Virus record (IMG/VR): IMGVR_UViG_3300025009_000208
Strand: one strand, 5' to 3'
DNA: 42,013 bases
Origin: a virus
Below the pieces are notes generated by a model. That model worked only from the letters and a program-made list of their open reading frames with translations. It was not told the DNA's origin and made no database searches. A program made the translations under genes and the position numbers. This document shows positions 17,158 to 22,629 of this stretch, piece after piece; positions within the stretch are counted from its first letter, which is position 1, and the number at the start of each line of letters is the position of its first letter.

Positions 17158-17362
17158 GTTCAGTTTCCTCCACAAGCTCCGCTAACTTAATTTGAGTTAC
17201 ATCTTTTGCGATCAATACAAACACAGGCACAGGATCAAAGAACTTAGCCACAGCAGGAGCAAGGCTTGTAATGTTAGCAGACTCTGGCATGATTAGCAGA
17301 TACTTGCTTCGTTTGCTAATCTTAAATGCCTTACCTTTTTCAATTATTAGTTTCTTATTCAT
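17144..17362 (-). CDS. Hypothetical protein
   Basis: 72-aa ORF with ATG start, overlapping its upstream neighbour by 8 nt. Confidence 0.5.
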   Translation of the reverse strand: MNKKLIIEKGKAFKISKRSKYLLIMPESANITSLAPAVAKFFDPVPVFVLIAKDVTQIKLAELVEETEHGKD

Positions 17363-17540
17363 TTTCTTTTAACCAGATTAAAAAATCTTGAGCATTGTCT
17401 TTGTAAACAGTTTTGTAACCACCGCCACTACCGCTTCCAGCATAACTCCCAGATGAAACATACTCGGTTATTATTACCCTTCTAAACTTCCAATACTTTT
17501 CCATCAATTGTCTAACTGTATATTTATTTTGTTTTTTCAT
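17355..17540 (-). CDS. Hypothetical protein
   Basis: 61-aa ORF with ATG at 17540. There is no SD, and a structured element lies directly upstream. Confidence 0.45.
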   Translation of the reverse strand: MKKQNKYTVRQLMEKYWKFRRVIITEYVSSGSYAGSGSGGGYKTVYKDNAQDFLIWLKENE

Positions 17541-17548
17541 AAACTTTA

Positions 17549-17621
17549 GATGGGCTGCGAAATCGGGTTTCCCCTTAAATCCTCAGTTGGCTTCGCACAC
17601 CTACAGTCAGATCAGCCCATC
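17549..17621 (-). other. Nested-helix structured element in an intergenic gap (candidate cis-regulatory RNA)
   Basis: GATGGGCTG (17549-17557) pairs with CAGCCCATC (17613-17621). The inner pair is GCGAA/TTCGC (17557-61 with 17592-96). On the - strand there is a GGG-GAAA-CCC hairpin. No ORF. Confidence 0.3.
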
Positions 17622-17638
17622 CTAAAATCTACGAACTA

Positions 17639-17872
17639 TTATTTTTTCCCATTTCTTTTTATATGTTTCTTCATTACTTCCGGCAACCTCATTGGTATAG
17701 CCGGAACTGACTTAATATGTTTCAAATGATTTGGCTGATGAAATATTGATCTAGCTACATGATGTGGTTTGTCGCACCCCCTTACATCTGCTTCCTCATT
17801 AAAAGCCATTCCATTCATATCTCCCATCTGAAAAGCCAACTCATCTTCACCTGTCCAAATCTCTCTCGTCAT
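17639..17872 (-). CDS. Hypothetical protein with basic C-terminal tail KKHIKRNGKK
   Basis: 77-aa ORF with ATG start. Confidence 0.5.
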   Translation of the reverse strand: MTREIWTGEDELAFQMGDMNGMAFNEEADVRGCDKPHHVARSIFHQPNHLKHIKSVPAIPMRLPEVMKKHIKRNGKK

Positions 17873-18122
17873 ATTGTTTCTTAGATATTATTCCTGGAAA
17901 GCTATCTGCGTCAACTGTGCCCTTGCTCTTGAGCCTAAGTCCCATGATATAAGTCCCTGGCTCTGATGCAATGATTGGCTTCCACCTGGCATAGTTCCTA
18001 AAGTCCGGGCATACATCTGTCTTAGCCCATTCACCCCCTGCCATTGTAAATTCTATACGCTGGTAGAGGTTGCCATTGACGGATCTTTTAACTGGTAAGA
18101 CTTTTAGTAGTGTTGCTTTCAT
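17847..18122 (-). CDS. Hypothetical protein
   Basis: The first in-frame ATG is at 18122 (MKATLLKV...). The track ORF starts at a TTG at 18191. Neither has a clear SD. Confidence 0.4.
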   Translation of the reverse strand: MKATLLKVLPVKRSVNGNLYQRIEFTMAGGEWAKTDVCPDFRNYARWKPIIASEPGTYIMGLRLKSKGTVDADSFPGIISKKQYDERDLDR

Positions 18123-18210
18123 TTTACAAGTGATGTCCCAAGTATAAAGCCAATAAACATTGCTAAGGCAAAAACAATTCCCAACATACAATTATAAATA
18201 AACGGATCTT

Positions 18211-18387
18211 TCATTTTAGTTTCTTTAATATCTCAAAACATAACTGTGTCAATGCAATGGAAGTATCACAAGCCCGGAGCATAATGTCATTAAGATTTTC
18301 GGAGGCAAGTTTCATATCTTCAATAGACTTCCTATTTTCCTCAGCAAGTTTTAGAAGGGCAACTGATAGTTCATCTTTAGTTTTCAT
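18211..18387 (-). CDS. Hypothetical small helical protein
   Basis: ATG at 18387 (track start is GTG at 18396). It lies 10 nt downstream of a -10 box. Confidence 0.5.
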   Translation of the reverse strand: MKTKDELSVALLKLAEENRKSIEDMKLASENLNDIMLRACDTSIALTQLCFEILKKLK

Positions 18388-18397
18388 ACTAATCACT

Positions 18398-18430
18398 ATA
18401 CTACACTATGAATTATTAAATGTCAATAGG
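18398..18430 (-). promoter_or_regulatory. Leftward promoter CCTATTGACA-N11-ATAGTGTAGTAT (TTGACA-N17-TAGTAT)
   Basis: Reverse strand has TTGACA at 18426-18421 and TAGTAT at 18403-18398. It shares the extended motif with the promoter at 22597-22629. Confidence 0.55.
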
Positions 18431-18812
18431 GGAATTGATGAGTAATAACACCATTAACTATTGCATTTTTTGCAATAGAGTCCATACTTTGTATATGAAA
18501 AGAAAATATTATAATGCCCTGAAAATAATAAGGAGAGATGATTATACCTGCCAAGACTGCAAAAAAGCGTTTGAATTGAATCAGTTATTGGTTCATCACA
18601 TAGACAAAAACCCAAGCAATAATTCTGATTCAAATTTGATTACCCTCTGTCAATATTGCCACAAGGCACGACATGGACTTCTTGCTGGTAAAAGAGAAGA
18701 TGTTGCTGAAATGAGAAGTATGGGACTAACACTTCAAGAAATTGGGGATGTCTTAGGAGTTACTCATCAAAGAGTTCAACAGATAGATGCCAGAAATAGG
18801 AAACTGACATAG
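18420..18812 (+). CDS. HNH endonuclease fused to a sigma70-region-4-like HTH
   Basis: CIFCN...CQDCKK...LLVHHIDKNPSNNSDSNLITLCQYCHKARHG, then MRSMGLTLQEIGDVLGVTHQRVQQIDARNRKL. It lies on the opposite strand to the surrounding arm. Confidence 0.75.
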   Translation: MSIGELMSNNTINYCIFCNRVHTLYMKRKYYNALKIIRRDDYTCQDCKKAFELNQLLVHHIDKNPSNNSDSNLITLCQYCHKARHGLLAGKREDVAEMRSMGLTLQEIGDVLGVTHQRVQQIDARNRKLT

Positions 18813-18843
18813 TTTGATTCTTTTATACCTCTTGCAAACAAAA

Positions 18844-18864
18844 CCCCAGAGGTTTAGTCTGGGG
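18844..18864. terminator. Hairpin terminator, probably bidirectional
   Basis: CCCCAGA-GGTTTAG-TCTGGGG. TTTGTTTGC follows on the - strand and TATGTCTT follows on the + strand. Confidence 0.55.
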
Positions 18865-18951
18865 TATGTCTTACAACTTCTATTCTATCACCCCCTCACA
18901 AGTAAATCCATTTTGTGCGTTTTTTGTTAGACAGTCCTGGGGAACATAAGT

Positions 18952-19084
18952 GGAGGCGGGACTTTAATAGTGCCTCCCGGATCACGAAGCTCATCCTTCA
19001 GCATACAGGGATGAATTTGTGAAAGGACATGTGAACCTTTGAACGATAGGAGGGAATGTCCCCCGGAAATGAAACAAGTTCCGG
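18952..19084 (+). other. Four consecutive hairpins in a 318-nt ORF-free gap (candidate structured leader or ncRNA)
   Basis: GGAGGC/GCCTCC (18952-57 with 18972-77); TCATCC/GGATGA (18991-96 with 19009-14); GGACAT/ATGTCC (19025-30 with 19056-61); CCGGAA/TTCCGG (19063-68 with 19079-84). Confidence 0.3.
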
Positions 19085-19130
19085 CTGAAGCAATCGTTTA
19101 GAAAATACCTGGTGGGGGGTTGGGGGGAAC

Positions 19131-19382
19131 ATGATTCTAGCCCAAGCCTTAGCTCCAGGGATAGTTTTTAACATGACCAAACAAGAAGTAATGAAATTGA
19201 TTAAAGCCAAAGGAAGCAAAGGCAATGCCATAGCTCAAGCCTTGAAGGATTACTTTGCCCAAGAGATAGGGAGTGGAGGGATAAAGCCAATGCAATACTA
19301 TCATGCTGGGGATCTCCAAAGAGAAAATATAAACGGAAAAAATGATATAGTTAAAGTGGCACAGCAGATCTTTGCTGTCTAG
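19131..19382 (+). CDS. Hypothetical protein (+ strand island)
   Basis: ATG at 19131 preceded by GGGGGGAAC. The composition is protein-like (MTKQEVMKLIKAKGSKGNAIAQALKDYF...). The stop TAG is part of the 13-mer promoter motif. Confidence 0.5.
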   Translation: MILAQALAPGIVFNMTKQEVMKLIKAKGSKGNAIAQALKDYFAQEIGSGGIKPMQYYHAGDLQRENINGKNDIVKVAQQIFAV

Positions 19383-19412
19383 TTGACATGACTTGGAGTT
19401 ACATCATAAAAT
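19378..19412 (+). promoter_or_regulatory. 13-mer promoter motif TCTAGTTGACATG plus TAAAAT -10 (18-nt spacer)
   Basis: TTGACA at 19383-19388, TAAAAT at 19407-19412. No protein-like ORF lies downstream on this strand. Confidence 0.5.
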
Positions 19413-19443
19413 TGAAAAGCTAGAATACTTCAAAAAAGTATCC
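19405..19443 (-). terminator. Rho-independent-type terminator for leftward transcripts
   Basis: Reverse strand reads GGATACTT-TTTTG-AAGTATTC followed by TAGCTTTTCAATTTTA. The stem has a G-U pair on the - strand that becomes an A-C mismatch on the + strand. Confidence 0.4.
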
Positions 19444-19500
19444 TTAGTTCTCAGGCAGAGGCTAATCGTTTGGGCAAGCGGTTAGCCTTTTGCTATTATT
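19419..19500 (+). ncRNA. Candidate ~80-nt small RNA, antisense to the 3' region of the leftward transcript
   Basis: It is bounded by the promoter at 19378-19412 and the + strand terminator at 19460-19500. No ORF. Two hairpins. Confidence 0.3.
19460..19500 (+). terminator. Rho-independent terminator for rightward transcripts
   Basis: GGCTAATCG (19460-68) pairs with CGGTTAGCC (19479-87) and is followed by TTTTGCTATTATT. The stem has a G-U pair on the + strand that becomes a C-A mismatch on the - strand. Confidence 0.55.
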
Positions 19501-19675
19501 TGAGGGTGGCTCTGCAGAGTTGTATTAAGCTCCAAAGCGTAGGAAGAACAACCAAAAACATAAACCATATAATGATGTCATTGTGTTCAACTATTCCGAA
19601 CTTGGTTAAGAAAAATCCGACAGCTAACCACGCAACTAAGGAGTGCCACGCTATAATTTTATTTAGAAGACTCAT
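19496..19675 (-). CDS. Small (59-aa) hydrophobic protein, below the ORF-track cutoff
   Basis: Strong SD AAAGGGGGTGA 7 nt upstream of ATG at 19675. Translation is MSLLNKIIAWHSLVAWLAVGFFLTKFGIVEHNDIIIWFMFLVVLPTLWSLIQLCRATLK. Confidence 0.55.
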   Translation of the reverse strand: MSLLNKIIAWHSLVAWLAVGFFLTKFGIVEHNDIIIWFMFLVVLPTLWSLIQLCRATLK

Positions 19676-19690
19676 CTTGATTCACCCCCT

Positions 19691-19873
19691 TTATTTGCGA
19701 CCATCACGCTTAATGTGTTTCTTTTGACATTCAGGTTTTCTATCCGGGATGATTGGTTTGGTAGGAGTTGGACTCTGAGGAATTTCAACTTTAAGGAAAG
19801 TAACTTTCCCATTCTCTGCAACAAATGGTTTTCCAAGCATAACGCCTGTGTAAATATCATGTTCGTGTGTCAT
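19691..19873 (-). CDS. Hypothetical protein with basic C-terminal tail KKHIKRDGRK
   Basis: 60-aa ORF with ATG start. Confidence 0.5.
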   Translation of the reverse strand: MTHEHDIYTGVMLGKPFVAENGKVTFLKVEIPQSPTPTKPIIPDRKPECQKKHIKRDGRK

Positions 19874-20123
19874 TACCTTTATTGTAGTCTGCGGGAGATA
19901 TTACTGCAATTTTCTGGATACCTATGAGGGGAAATTCCCTGTAATCATTCCGGAGATAACAGTTCGCTTCCACATAATCTTCTCCGTTCTTAACCTTTAA
20001 CCGCATGGGTTCAATCACTCTATCTCGGGTGATCTTTAGTTTTTTGTCAACGAAGTCAATCTTCAACCACCGCTTATCAAGGATGGCTTTCTCAATTGAT
20101 TGTCTGAGGTATATTTGATTCAT
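19857..20123 (-). CDS. Standalone WYL-domain protein (88 aa)
   Basis: WLKIDFVDKKLKITRDRVIEPMRLKVKNGEDYVEANCYLRNDYREFPLIGIQKIAV follows the WYL pattern (..R.v.P..l....g.wYl.a.C.lr.d.R.F.l.rI..i..). Confidence 0.6.
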   Translation of the reverse strand: MNQIYLRQSIEKAILDKRWLKIDFVDKKLKITRDRVIEPMRLKVKNGEDYVEANCYLRNDYREFPLIGIQKIAVISPADYNKGNDTRT

Positions 20124-20265
20124 GATTTTTTCCTATGCCACATTTACATCTAGTGGCAGTTCTTATTGGTTCACCAATGTTTATTATCTCTTTCCTTCCA
20201 CCAGGCGTAAGAACTATGGTTTCTTTTCTTTGAATGTATCCGTATTTAATATGATCCCTTTTCAT
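20092..20265 (-). CDS. Possible small protein (57 aa), below the ORF-track cutoff
   Basis: ATG at 20265. Translation MKRDHIKYGYIQRKETIVLTPGGRKEIINIGEPIRTATRCKCGIGKNHESNIPQTIN is protein-like. There is no clear SD and it overlaps the WYL gene by 32 nt. Confidence 0.3.
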   Translation of the reverse strand: MKRDHIKYGYIQRKETIVLTPGGRKEIINIGEPIRTATRCKCGIGKNHESNIPQTIN

Positions 20266-20292
20266 AATAATTGTCTAAGGATACCCTGGGCT

Positions 20293-20955
20293 TTAGCCCT
20301 GGGAGGAATTAGACTTATCCCCTAAATTTAATAACCGTTCTTGTCTTTGAGTTCTTAAATTGTATGTTCTTTGTGGTAATACCTCGTTCAGTATTTTGAG
20401 TGAATCTTTGTTTGAGTAATAGAGTTTGAAGAAAATTTGAAGTTTCATCACATCCAAGTATTTTAGTGTTTTCTTTTTGCCGTCATAATCAATACACCAA
20501 GCATCGGGATTGACCAGATTTATGTAGTGAAAAAGTTCATCCCTCCATAAAACCTCACAAACCTTGTCTATCAATACCCAACCTTTTTGGTTTTGCTTTA
20601 TTCTTGGTGACTTGTTACCCTTTTCCAAATCTTCTAAAATATAAACACCGCAATCTCCTATTCTTCCAATGTCGTATTTGATGTATTCTTCTAATTTAGA
20701 TTCTGGTATTACTAGAAATCTATGAGTAAACAAACCTAAAGCACCGTTAAACTGGCTTGTTAATCTATCAAAAGTATCATATTCCGTCTTTATTTCAAAA
20801 TAAGTGAAGGAATCTTTATCTAAAATAACAAAATCAGGTCTTAAACTACCACCAAAAGAAGTAAATTCAAATTGTTGGAAATTACCGTTACCTTCAAAAA
20901 CTTTAGCCAAAACTTCCTTATAATACTTTTCGTCTTTTTTAATTATATCTGCCAT
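20293..20955 (-). CDS. MmcB-like PD-(D/E)XK nuclease-fold protein
   Basis: RPDFVILDKDSFTYFEIKTEYDTFDRLTSQ...FLVIPESKL shows D-x13-E-x-K spacing, as in PD-(D/E)XK enzymes of the MmcB type. Its start codon shares one base with the tnpA-like stop. Confidence 0.5.
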   Translation of the reverse strand: MADIIKKDEKYYKEVLAKVFEGNGNFQQFEFTSFGGSLRPDFVILDKDSFTYFEIKTEYDTFDRLTSQFNGALGLFTHRFLVIPESKLEEYIKYDIGRIGDCGVYILEDLEKGNKSPRIKQNQKGWVLIDKVCEVLWRDELFHYINLVNPDAWCIDYDGKKKTLKYLDVMKLQIFFKLYYSNKDSLKILNEVLPQRTYNLRTQRQERLLNLGDKSNSSQG

Positions 20956-21500
20956 TAAAATAACCTCCCTTGGGTGAAATCACCAATAGTCTGGTGCTTA
21001 TTCCCATAAACATTAAATTGAAAAACATCCTTACCTTGTTGCTCTAAAATGTAGCGTTTCACCGCATCCTGTGATACGTGACCAGCACTACCAATGTAAT
21101 ATCCTCTTGCCCATAGGAAAGGAAACTTTTTGTAATGTATTCGGTAGCCAAGATAATTTAGGTCTAAAAATGCCTGTCTTAATCTTCGTGAAGTATTGCC
21201 TTTAATCTTCCTCACTATCTCGTAGGGTGTATGGGTAGGTAAGGCAGAAACAAATAAGTGAATGTGGTCTGGCATTACTTCCAATGCCAACATTTCTAAA
21301 TTCAATTCTTTACACTGTTCCCCGATAATTTGCTTTAGAAAATCTGCTACCTTACCCACCAGTAATTTCTTCCGATATTTTGGTATCCAGACAATGTGGT
21401 AATTGATATTGTGTTTACAATGGCTACCACTTTTGACACTAGATATTTTGACTTGAATATCGTAGGTTTTAGGATTAAAGTGTGGGTATTGGTTAAGCAT
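20955..21500 (-). CDS. tnpA: IS200/IS605-type Y1 HUH transposase homolog (TnpA-like)
   Basis: NYHIVWIPKYRKKLL; HUH motif in MPDHIHLFV; C-terminal ARGYYIGSAG and catalytic-Tyr helix AVKRYILEQQ. Confidence 0.85.
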   Translation of the reverse strand: MLNQYPHFNPKTYDIQVKISSVKSGSHCKHNINYHIVWIPKYRKKLLVGKVADFLKQIIGEQCKELNLEMLALEVMPDHIHLFVSALPTHTPYEIVRKIKGNTSRRLRQAFLDLNYLGYRIHYKKFPFLWARGYYIGSAGHVSQDAVKRYILEQQGKDVFQFNVYGNKHQTIGDFTQGRLF

Positions 21501-21720
21501 ATGTTTTGTTTGAAACTATCGGCTTTAGCCGATAGGTGTCTAAAACATTCCGGGTAATCAATCTACTAAATTCAGCATAAAATCTTTTGTTTGGTTTTGC
21601 TGTTGTTTCAATCGCATTAGAATACATCTCTCCATCACTATCAATTAAAAAGAATTGGAAACGCCAATGTCCCTTCTTAGATGGAATCATAATCTGAACT
21701 GTTTTATATTTTTCTTCCAT
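21493..21720 (-). CDS. Hypothetical protein
   Basis: 75-aa ORF with ATG start. The 3' end overlaps the tnpA-like start by 8 nt and runs through the hairpin at 21516-21535. Confidence 0.45.
   Translation of the reverse strand: MEEKYKTVQIMIPSKKGHWRFQFFLIDSDGEMYSNAIETTAKPNKRFYAEFSRLITRNVLDTYRLKPIVSNKTYA
21516..21535 (-). promoter_or_regulatory. Perfect 8-bp hairpin 16 nt upstream of the tnpA-like start
   Basis: CTATCGGC-TTTA-GCCGATAG. On the - strand it is followed by TTTCAAACAAAACAT then ATG. Confidence 0.4.
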
Positions 21721-21732
21721 AAGCTTACTAAT

Positions 21733-21762
21733 GCGGAGGCGGGGTGATAAGTTCTCCTCCGC
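21733..21762 (-). promoter_or_regulatory. Intergenic hairpin (7-bp GC-rich stem)
   Basis: GCGGAGG (21733-39) pairs with CCTCCGC (21756-62). It lies between the SSB-like gene and the next gene. No T tract. Confidence 0.35.
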
Positions 21763-21775
21763 ACTATAAACCTAC

Positions 21776-22420
21776 TTAGCTTTCACTATCTCCATTGAGA
21801 TTGTAGGCTGCTTCCAATGAAACACCGGAATCGGCTATCATTGTTACCTCTTTATCAGACAATTCTGATTTATTTGGTGAAGGCATAATTGTATAGGTCG
21901 TATTCCTTGCGATCCCTTCCTTATTGATTGTGATGTCATACTTGCGTATATCACCATATTCGGCATTGGTTTCGTAAGCAACAATCTGTCTGAATACTGT
22001 GATCGGAGATTCGTAAACATAAGGTTTACCATCTTTACGATTTAACACAAGAAATGCGTATTTGAATTTCTTTGGCTTTCCGGCTTTACAAAGCTCACAG
22101 CCTGTATCAGAACAAATTGTTGTTGAATATTTACCCCCGGACTTATCTTCGTGATAAGCTACTTCTAAGGCTTTTGTGCAGATGCGGATTTTATTCGCAC
22201 CATCCTCAAGCTTGAGAAAGTTACCACTTCCGGAAGGAATATCATATTTTGTTACATCTTCTATAAATTTTGGCATATTATTTTTGTTGCTCACCCCCTT
22301 TCTAATTTCGCTAACTTCTTCCAAATCAAATATATTATTGTCAGTAGTAGTCTTAACATCCTTGTTCTCCTCAATGATTCCGTCAATAAAAAGCTGATCT
22401 CCCTTACTTAATTGATCCAT
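21776..22420 (-). CDS. T4 gp32-like single-stranded DNA-binding protein
   Basis: H-x12-C-x4-C-x2-C zinc motif (YHEDKSGGKYSTTICSDTGCELCKAG) parallels the gp32 sequence as I recall it (HGFKKNGKWYIETCSST...CPVC, from memory). It is preceded by GNFLKLEDGANKIRI. Confidence 0.65.
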   Translation of the reverse strand: MDQLSKGDQLFIDGIIEENKDVKTTTDNNIFDLEEVSEIRKGVSNKNNMPKFIEDVTKYDIPSGSGNFLKLEDGANKIRICTKALEVAYHEDKSGGKYSTTICSDTGCELCKAGKPKKFKYAFLVLNRKDGKPYVYESPITVFRQIVAYETNAEYGDIRKYDITINKEGIARNTTYTIMPSPNKSELSDKEVTMIADSGVSLEAAYNLNGDSES

Positions 22421-22595
22421 GCTTAATTCTCAAGAGTTCAGAAGCCGGAATCCGGTAGAACTTTCGTTCCTTACCGAATCCGACATTCTGTGCCTTGATC
22501 CTATGGGTTTCAATCATTCTAGTGATAGTCCGTCTGCTTACTTTCAAGATCCCGGCTGCTTCCTCAACTGTGTATAATTCGTCTGTCATTTCCAT
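22404..22595 (-). CDS. Excisionase/MerR-type helix-turn-helix DNA-binding protein
   Basis: YTVEEAAGILKVSRRTITRMIETHRIKAQ...YRIPASELLRI. The functional start may be the second ATG at 22589. Confidence 0.65.
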   Translation of the reverse strand: MEMTDELYTVEEAAGILKVSRRTITRMIETHRIKAQNVGFGKERKFYRIPASELLRIKHGSIK

Positions 22596-22596
22596 T

Positions 22597-22629
22597 ATAT
22601 TACACTATAGATACCTATTTGTCAATAGG
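22597..22629 (-). promoter_or_regulatory. Leftward promoter CCTATTGACA-N11-ATAGTGTAATAT (TTGACA-N17-TAATAT)
   Basis: Reverse strand has TTGACA at 22625-22620 and TAATAT at 22602-22597. The ATG codons at 22595 and 22589 follow immediately. Confidence 0.55.

Noticed and set aside
17549-17621. tRNA gene
   Set aside because: It has a long outer helix but no D arm, anticodon arm or T-loop (no GTTCRA-type sequence). The internal architecture does not fit a cloverleaf.
18985-19020. Hammerhead-like CTGAAGGATGAG on the - strand
   Set aside because: It lacks the CUGAUGA ... GAAA core spacing and the required three-helix junction.
18998-19231. Track ORF of 77 aa on the - strand across the structured gap
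   Set aside because: It overlaps the better + strand ORF 19131-19382, has a weak start context and runs through four hairpins. I treat the region as non-coding.
19470-19927. Track ORFs 19470-19727 (+), 19715-19927 (+) and 19672-19860 (-)
   Set aside because: Their composition is not protein-like and they have no SD. They overlap the SD-preceded 59-aa ORF, the 60-aa ORF and the WYL ORF on the - strand.
20900-21560. Active IS200/IS605 insertion sequence annotated as a mobile element
   Set aside because: The tnpA-like ORF overlaps both neighbouring ORFs. Only one candidate end hairpin is visible, there is no right-end counterpart and there is no tnpB. I report it as a TnpA homolog of uncertain mobility, not as an IS.
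22404-22595. Evidence for lysogeny from the excisionase-type HTH
   Set aside because: No integrase, repressor or attachment site is recognisable. This HTH fold is also common in lytic-phage regulators, so I make no temperate call.
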